Below, one piece after another: positions 58,722 through 64,000 of a DNA stretch of 64,000 nt (position 1 is the first letter of the stretch; every line of letters begins with the position of its first letter). The notes under the pieces were generated by a model, which worked only from the letters and a program-made list of their open reading frames with translations, was not told where the DNA came from and made no database searches. The translations under genes were made by a program, and so were the position numbers. Location of the stretch: positions 32,001-96,000 of the forward strand of contig CBDBCY010000004.1 in assembly GCA_965203555.1 (NCBI GenBank). Direction: 5' to 3'. This DNA is from Acidimicrobiia bacterium (GTDB lineage: Bacteria; Actinomycetota; Acidimicrobiia; Spongiisociales; ZC4RG35).

Positions 58722-59401
58722 GCATCCTGGGCGAACAGGTGTTGATTCGCCTGGCCGACGGCGATGCCGAAGAGGCGGTCAGAACCGTCGCGGAGTTGGG
58801 AGATGAGGTGGGTGGATTCGTGATGGGCGCCGGTCTGTTCTTCGATCGCGGCCCGATTCTGGTGGGCGCCCTCTGCGCTCTCGGAAAGCCCCTGCTGGTG
58901 GATCTGGGTATATTGGATCGGCCGCAGGTCGTAGCCAGAGCGGTGGCGCGAATGGGTAAGTTGGGGGCTCGGTGGGTGAGCGTCTCCGGATTGGGAGGCC
59001 GGGAGGCGGTGGAGGCGGCGGTGGCCGAGGCGGAGGTTTATCCTCGAACCTCGGTGGTGGTGTCGGCGGCCCTGGCCGGCTGGGCCCGCGAGCACGAGTT
59101 GAAAGGGGTTGGCATCTTTGACAGTCCCGGAATCCAGGTTTCCAGGATGACCAAATTGGCTCTGAAGTCCGGAGCGGAAGGGATACTGTTTCCTGCCAGG
59201 GAACTGGGTGTGGTGGTTCAGGTTTCGAGATCGGAGGGTTTCTCCAGAGTGGGAAACTCCGAAGGCTTCTGGAGAATGGCGGATATGACCGGTCGTCTAT
59301 TCTCATCGGGACACGTGACAGAGGTAGACGGCATAGTCGCAGGAGGCGCTCACCGGGTGATACTTCCACAGGTGACGATGGAGGGCGACGAGGGAAAATG
59401 A
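58718..59401 (+). CDS. pyrF: OMP decarboxylase-like protein with degenerate active site
   Basis: Position between carB and mihF; DLGILD in place of DxKxxD. Confidence 0.7.
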   Translation: MSILGEQVLIRLADGDAEEAVRTVAELGDEVGGFVMGAGLFFDRGPILVGALCALGKPLLVDLGILDRPQVVARAVARMGKLGARWVSVSGLGGREAVEAAVAEAEVYPRTSVVVSAALAGWAREHELKGVGIFDSPGIQVSRMTKLALKSGAEGILFPARELGVVVQVSRSEGFSRVGNSEGFWRMADMTGRLFSSGHVTEVDGIVAGGAHRVILPQVTMEGDEGK

Positions 59402-59506
59402 CGTGTTCGACGCGCGGTGATTTTTACGATTCTGTTGGTTTTTGGTAAGGTTTCGGCCAATTTGGAGACTCCCAAAGCCGATGACTGACGCATACCTAGG
59501 AGCATC

Positions 59507-59815
59507 ATGAACCCACCACCCCTAACCCAAGAGCAGCGCAAGCAAGCCCTCGCCAAAGCCGCGGCCGTGCGGAAGGGAAGGGCTGAGATCAAGGCCGACT
59601 TGAGTGATCGGCGTTTGACCTTTGCAGAGCTGTTGGAGCGGACGAATGATCCATTGGTAGGTGGAATGAAGGTCTCCGCCGCGCTGGCAGCCCTGCCCGG
59701 TTACGGAAAAAAACGCACCAGCCAACTCATGGAGAGAGTTGGCGTTCTTGAGAATCGTCGCCTTCGTGGATTGGGCAAGCGCCAGCGAGAAGCTCTGATC
59801 AGGGAACTCTCCTGA
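59507..59815 (+). CDS. mihF: Actinobacterial integration host factor
   Basis: LT.EQR..AL.KAA..R..RAE.K, LPG.GK, RRLRGLG.RQ. Confidence 0.93.
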   Translation: MNPPPLTQEQRKQALAKAAAVRKGRAEIKADLSDRRLTFAELLERTNDPLVGGMKVSAALAALPGYGKKRTSQLMERVGVLENRRLRGLGKRQREALIRELS

Positions 59816-59834
59816 AAGCAGCCGTCCTCAGGTC

Positions 59835-60404
59835 TTGACCAAGTCTCCGAGCCTGGTTCTGGTGGTTTCCGGCCCCTCGGGCGTCGGCAAATCCACTGCG
59901 TTGGCCGAGTTGGCCAAGCAGCCCCGAGTGGAAGTGGTCACGTCTTTCACCACCCGCCCTCGCCGGACTGACGAGATCGAGGAAATCGACTACCACTTTG
60001 TGGACGAAAGCAGGTTCCTGGAAATGGCGTCCCGACAGGAGTTCTTGGAATGGGTGCAATACGATGGTCACTACTACGGAACACCGCAAAGATCTGTGGA
60101 AGAAGTCTTGGAAAGGGGAGGGGTGGCGGTGCTGGAGATCGAGCGGAGGGGAGCATTGGCTGTGAAGCAGAGGTTCCCCCAAGCGGTCCTGGTGCTTCTC
60201 AAGCCGCCGTTTCCGGGGGAACTGGAGAGAAGGCTTCGGTCTCGCGGGGCCAGCGCGGAGTTCCTCATCCGCCGTCTTGCCCTGGCGGAAGAGGACGCCC
60301 CATTGATGGACGATCTCTACGACGAATTCGTGACCAGCACCAGAACAAGTGAAACCGTGACAGAGTTAAGCCGTATAATCCGAAGTCGGTACTCGCCCCG
60401 CTGA
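59835..60404 (+). CDS. gmk: Guanylate kinase
   Basis: SGPSGVGKST, TTRPRR, DYHFV, YYGTP. Confidence 0.95.
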   Translation: MTKSPSLVLVVSGPSGVGKSTALAELAKQPRVEVVTSFTTRPRRTDEIEEIDYHFVDESRFLEMASRQEFLEWVQYDGHYYGTPQRSVEEVLERGGVAVLEIERRGALAVKQRFPQAVLVLLKPPFPGELERRLRSRGASAEFLIRRLALAEEDAPLMDDLYDEFVTSTRTSETVTELSRIIRSRYSPR

Positions 60405-60432
60405 CCGGAGAAATGGAGAGGCGGCCTTCAGC

Positions 60433-60687
60433 ATGAAAATCGAAGAAGTAGTCGACAAGATCGGGAATCGGTTCTCGACTGTGGTTGTGGCGGCCCGTCG
60501 CGCCCGCGACATCCAGGGTTACTACGCGCACCTGGGGCAGGGCATTGGAAAGTTCATCCCACCCCAAGTTCACACCTATGCCCGCAAACCCTTGACCATT
60601 GCCATGGAAGAAATCTTGGAGGACAAGGTGGTCCGCAGAACCGGACACCCACCTGAGGAGGAAACTCCCGAAGCCGCGGAGCTTTAG
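60433..60687 (+). CDS. rpoZ: RNA polymerase omega subunit
   Basis: RF..VVVAARRAR.I, KPLTIAMEEI. Confidence 0.93.
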   Translation: MKIEEVVDKIGNRFSTVVVAARRARDIQGYYAHLGQGIGKFIPPQVHTYARKPLTIAMEEILEDKVVRRTGHPPEEETPEAAEL

Positions 60688-61868
60688 TGATCGGACGACG
60701 CCGAGTCCTGCTGGCGGTAACCGGGGGAGTAGCAGCGTTCAAAGCGGCGACCCTGTCCCGGCTTCTCATCGAAAGCGGTGCGGAGGTGCGGGCCATGATG
60801 ACCGCGTCCTCCCAGAAGTTCCTGGGGTCGAACACTCTCTCAGCCATTACCGGGCATCCGGTGGTCGCCGATCTGTTCGATGACTCCGCATCGGTGAGTC
60901 CCCACACCGAAGCGGCCGAATGGGCCGACCTGGTGGTGGTGGCCCCGGCCACCGCCGCTTCCCTGGCTCGACTGGCGAACGGACTCTCATCCGACCTCGT
61001 CACGGCCACGATCATGGCGGCAACCTGCCCGCTGGTGGTGGCGCCGGCCATGCACACCGCCATGTGGGAACATCCGGCGGCTCGACGCAACATCGCCACC
61101 CTCCGGGCCGATGGCGTGGCGGTACTGGGGCCGGTCAGCGGACGGCTGGCGGGAGGTGACCGGGGTCTGGGAAGGATGATGGAACCGGAGGACTTGCTCG
61201 GGGAGATCGAATCCCTGTTCGCCGCTCCTCTGACAGGGGTGCGGGTGCTGGTTACTGCCGGAGGAACCAGGGAAGCCATTGACCCGGTGCGTTTTCTCAG
61301 CAATCACTCGTCAGGCAAGATGGGCCATGCGGTGGCGGTGGAAGCGGCCCGCAGGGGGGCGGAGACGACCCTGGTCACCTGCTCCCGGCTCCCGTCGCCT
61401 CCTTCGGTAAAGAGAGTGGATGTCGTGTCGGCTCACGACATGGCGGAGGCGGTGAGCTCGATCGAGGCGGATGTGGCGGTGATGACCGCCGCAGTGGCGG
61501 ACTTTCGTCCCAAGATCTCCCATGGGAGCAAACTGGCCCGCGGCGACGGTTTGAACGCCCTGGAATTGGCGCCCACCCGAGACGTTCTCGGGGAGGTCAT
61601 CCGGCGGAACTCCCGCCCCCGGGTGGTGGTGGGATTCGCGGCCGAGACGGGAGATGTAAAGAGGGCGGTGGGAAAGGCCCGGAAAAAGGGCGTCGACCTG
61701 ATGGTGGCCAATGACGTGACGATTCCGGGTTCCGGTTTCGAGTCGGACAACAACCAGGTTGTCCTGATTCGCCGCAACGGTGAAACCGAGCCCTGGCCAC
61801 TGCAGGCAAAGAGCCGGGTGGCCGCCCGGCTGTGGGATGAGGTGACCAAGCTGTTGGAAGAAAGCTGA
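60687..61868 (+). CDS. coaBC: Bifunctional PPC decarboxylase/synthetase
   Basis: APATA, APAMH, TAGGTREAIDPVRF, NHSSGKMG, GFAAET. Confidence 0.96.
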   Translation: MIGRRRVLLAVTGGVAAFKAATLSRLLIESGAEVRAMMTASSQKFLGSNTLSAITGHPVVADLFDDSASVSPHTEAAEWADLVVVAPATAASLARLANGLSSDLVTATIMAATCPLVVAPAMHTAMWEHPAARRNIATLRADGVAVLGPVSGRLAGGDRGLGRMMEPEDLLGEIESLFAAPLTGVRVLVTAGGTREAIDPVRFLSNHSSGKMGHAVAVEAARRGAETTLVTCSRLPSPPSVKRVDVVSAHDMAEAVSSIEADVAVMTAAVADFRPKISHGSKLARGDGLNALELAPTRDVLGEVIRRNSRPRVVVGFAAETGDVKRAVGKARKKGVDLMVANDVTIPGSGFESDNNQVVLIRRNGETEPWPLQAKSRVAARLWDEVTKLLEES

Positions 61869-61876
61869 CGGGGGCC

Positions 61877-63052
61877 TTGATCTTGGGTTCGAGAGTCTGG
61901 TCGTTCACCTCCGAGTCGGTGGCATGCGGGCATCCCGACAAGGTGGCCGACCTGATCGCCGACCGGCTGCTGGACGCGGTAATGGAAGCCCACGCCGGGT
62001 ATCCGCGGCCGCGGGTGGCTGCCGAGGTGCTGGTCACCGGAGACCGGGTGGTTCTGGCGGGAGAGACCTCCCATCCCCTGGAAGACGAGGTGGTTGAGGC
62101 CACTGCCCGACAGGCGATCGCCGATGCAGGCTACGGTCCTGCAGATCCCGAGTTTCCCTGCGACACGGTGCAGATAACCAACCTGATTCAAAGGCAGTCG
62201 AGCGAGATAGCGGAAATGGTGGTCGGGGAAGAGATCGGCGCCGGAGACCAGGGGATAATCTTTGGCTTCGCCTGCGATGAGACCCCCTCCCTGATGCCGC
62301 TTCCCATCCACTTGGCGCACCGCCTGGCCCGCAGGCTGGCGGAGGTGCGGGAGATGGGGATTGTCGACTATCTCCGCCCGGATGGCAAGACCCAGGTCAC
62401 GGTTGAGTACCGGGATAAAACGCCGGTGCGAGTCAGCCAGGTGGTTGTTTCGGCCCATCATCGCAACGGTGTCGACGAAGGTACGCTCCGGGCGGATATT
62501 GAACGAGAGGTGATCCGCAGCGTGGTTCCCTCCGGGCTGTTGGATGGAGGGGCTCGGTTTCTGATCAACCATTCGGGTTCATTTACTGCCGGTGGGCCGG
62601 GCGCCGACACCGGACTCACCGGACGCAAGCTGGTGGTTGATACCTACGGGGGATACGGTCCTCACGGTGGGGGCGCCCTTTCCGGCAAGGATCCCACCAA
62701 GGTGGACCGATCAGCTTCCTACGCCGCCCGGCATGCGGCCAAGAACCTGGTGGCGGCCGGCCTGGCTCGCCAGTGCTCTATCCAACTCAGCTATGTAATA
62801 GGGATGCATGAACCACTTTCGCTGCACGTGGACTGTTCCAACACCAACCAGGCGCCCCTGGAAGACTTGGAGAGAGCGCTGCAAGAGGTCCTCAGTTTCC
62901 GTCCGCAAAAGATGATTGAGAACCTGGCGCTGTGGGAGACCCGGTTCAGCGATACCACCCTGTACGGCCATTTCGGCCGGGAAGACGCCGGTTTCTCTTG
63001 GGAGAAGACTGATTTCACTGAGCAACTGAGGGCCGCGGCGCTGTCGTCGTGA
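61877..63052 (+). CDS. metK: S-adenosylmethionine synthase
   Basis: FTSESV..GHPDK, GAGDQG, GLTGRK, GGGALSGKDPTKVDRS. Confidence 0.97.
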   Translation: MILGSRVWSFTSESVACGHPDKVADLIADRLLDAVMEAHAGYPRPRVAAEVLVTGDRVVLAGETSHPLEDEVVEATARQAIADAGYGPADPEFPCDTVQITNLIQRQSSEIAEMVVGEEIGAGDQGIIFGFACDETPSLMPLPIHLAHRLARRLAEVREMGIVDYLRPDGKTQVTVEYRDKTPVRVSQVVVSAHHRNGVDEGTLRADIEREVIRSVVPSGLLDGGARFLINHSGSFTAGGPGADTGLTGRKLVVDTYGGYGPHGGGALSGKDPTKVDRSASYAARHAAKNLVAAGLARQCSIQLSYVIGMHEPLSLHVDCSNTNQAPLEDLERALQEVLSFRPQKMIENLALWETRFSDTTLYGHFGREDAGFSWEKTDFTEQLRAAALSS

Positions 63053-64000
63053 CGTCCGCTGTCCGGGTTGTTCCGGCAGTTCCCGCCTTCGAGGTGGATA
63101 AGGGTTTCTGGTACTCGGTACCCGCTCATCTCGGTGAACGGGTCGGCTTGGGGGCGAAGGTGCGGGTTCCGTTGGGCAGCGGCCATACTCACGGGTATGT
63201 GGTGGAATGCGGCGCCCGTCCGTCCCACAGTCTCAAGCCTCTTTCCTCGGTAAGCGGTGGTTTACCGGTGTTCGACACCTCTCTGCTGTCGGTGTGCCGC
63301 TGGGCGGCTGACTATTACGTGAGTCCGCTGTCGACAATCCTGTCCAAGACCGCCCCTCCCAACGCTCCCCGGGCGCCGCAGCGCCGTGAACCGGATCAGC
63401 TCCCGCCGCCGGGCGATTCCGATCATGCTGCATCGGGATTGGGGGAGGACGCTGCTTCCGGCCGACGTAGGCGGCCGGGGTGTCTCCTCGTGAACCCGGC
63501 CTCCTCCGAGTGGGTCCAACCCTTGCTGGGGCCGGTGCTTCGGGCGGGCCGATCAGCGATGGTGGTGGTTCCCACCGCTGCGGAGGAGAATCGAATGACC
63601 GACCTGCTGAAGGGCATCTACCCCGGTCGAATCATGGGCGCCAGCAACCGGCACAGTGATCGGCGGAGAACCGAAGTGTGGGGACTTTTGGCCACCCATG
63701 CCGGATTGGTGTTGGTGGCGACTCCCGCTTCGGCGCTTTGGCCTATAGCCAGGCCCGGGTTGCTGGTGGTGGTGGAGGATGGGCGCCGGGCCCACAAGAA
63801 CCGTCAGACCCCTACGGTTGGCGCCCGCCGTTTGCTTCGTGAACGAAGTATCCGGGAGGGGGGTCTGTTGGCTGCCGTGGGTCCCTTTCCCAGTGTGGAT
63901 TTCATGGCGTTGGGACCGGATCTCTACCGCAGTCGTCGCCGCCAGCGGCTCTGGCCGCATGTGGAGGTGGCGGATCGCAGGAGCCTGGGCGCTGACGGGC
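63049..64000 (+). CDS. priA: Primosomal protein N' (PriA), helicase motifs degenerate; runs off the window
   Basis: Manual translation ...FWYSVP...GAKVRVPLG...GYVV...WAADYY; follows metK; no Walker A, VEDG at the DEEH position. Confidence 0.8.
   Translation, partial: MTSAVRVVPAVPAFEVDKGFWYSVPAHLGERVGLGAKVRVPLGSGHTHGYVVECGARPSHSLKPLSSVSGGLPVFDTSLLSVCRWAADYYVSPLSTILSKTAPPNAPRAPQRREPDQLPPPGDSDHAASGLGEDAASGRRRRPGCLLVNPASSEWVQPLLGPVLRAGRSAMVVVPTAAEENRMTDLLKGIYPGRIMGASNRHSDRRRTEVWGLLATHAGLVLVATPASALWPIARPGLLVVVEDGRRAHKNRQTPTVGARRLLRERSIREGGLLAAVGPFPSVDFMALGPDLYRSRRRQRLWPHVEVADRRSLGADG

Overview
High-GC actinobacterial chromosome segment (inferred from mIHF, AdnAB, helicase-degenerate PriA and the alaS-ruvX-mltG-aroE / aroCKB-efp-nusB-carAB-pyrF-mihF-gmk-rpoZ-coaBC-metK-priA gene order). 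1-27.8 kb mixes housekeeping and DNA-repair genes (xseAB, rmuC, aceE, dtd, adnAB, two extra PD-(D/E)XK nucleases, a CCAEP-tail radical SAM) with small toxin-antitoxin-like modules. Several genes in the first 17 kb carry short frameshifts, mostly single bases in homopolymers. A ~17 kb accessory block (33.6-50.5 kb) splits the aroE/prepilin peptidase-aroC cluster. It holds a coupled four-gene operon (small membrane protein, secreted vWA/repeat protein, tubulin/FtsZ-like GTPase, large polytopic membrane protein), an alpha-carbonic anhydrase, a LysM-tailed 5'-nucleotidase and a phage terminase remnant. Main discovery: a promoter motif TGTC(A/C)C-N10-(T/C)AnnnT-N6-8-start, with the geometry of the PafBC/RecA-independent DNA-damage promoter, lies directly upstream of rmuC, a RecB-like nuclease, a 54-aa Cys-rich microprotein preceding adnAB, and the tubulin-vWA operon. 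This suggests a DNA-damage-inducible tubulin-like membrane system. Also notable are an in-frame NusB-CarA fusion with pyrR/B/C missing locally and a PyrF lacking its catalytic lysine. No rRNA, tRNA or CRISPR array was recognised. All family assignments are from motif recognition, not database searches.
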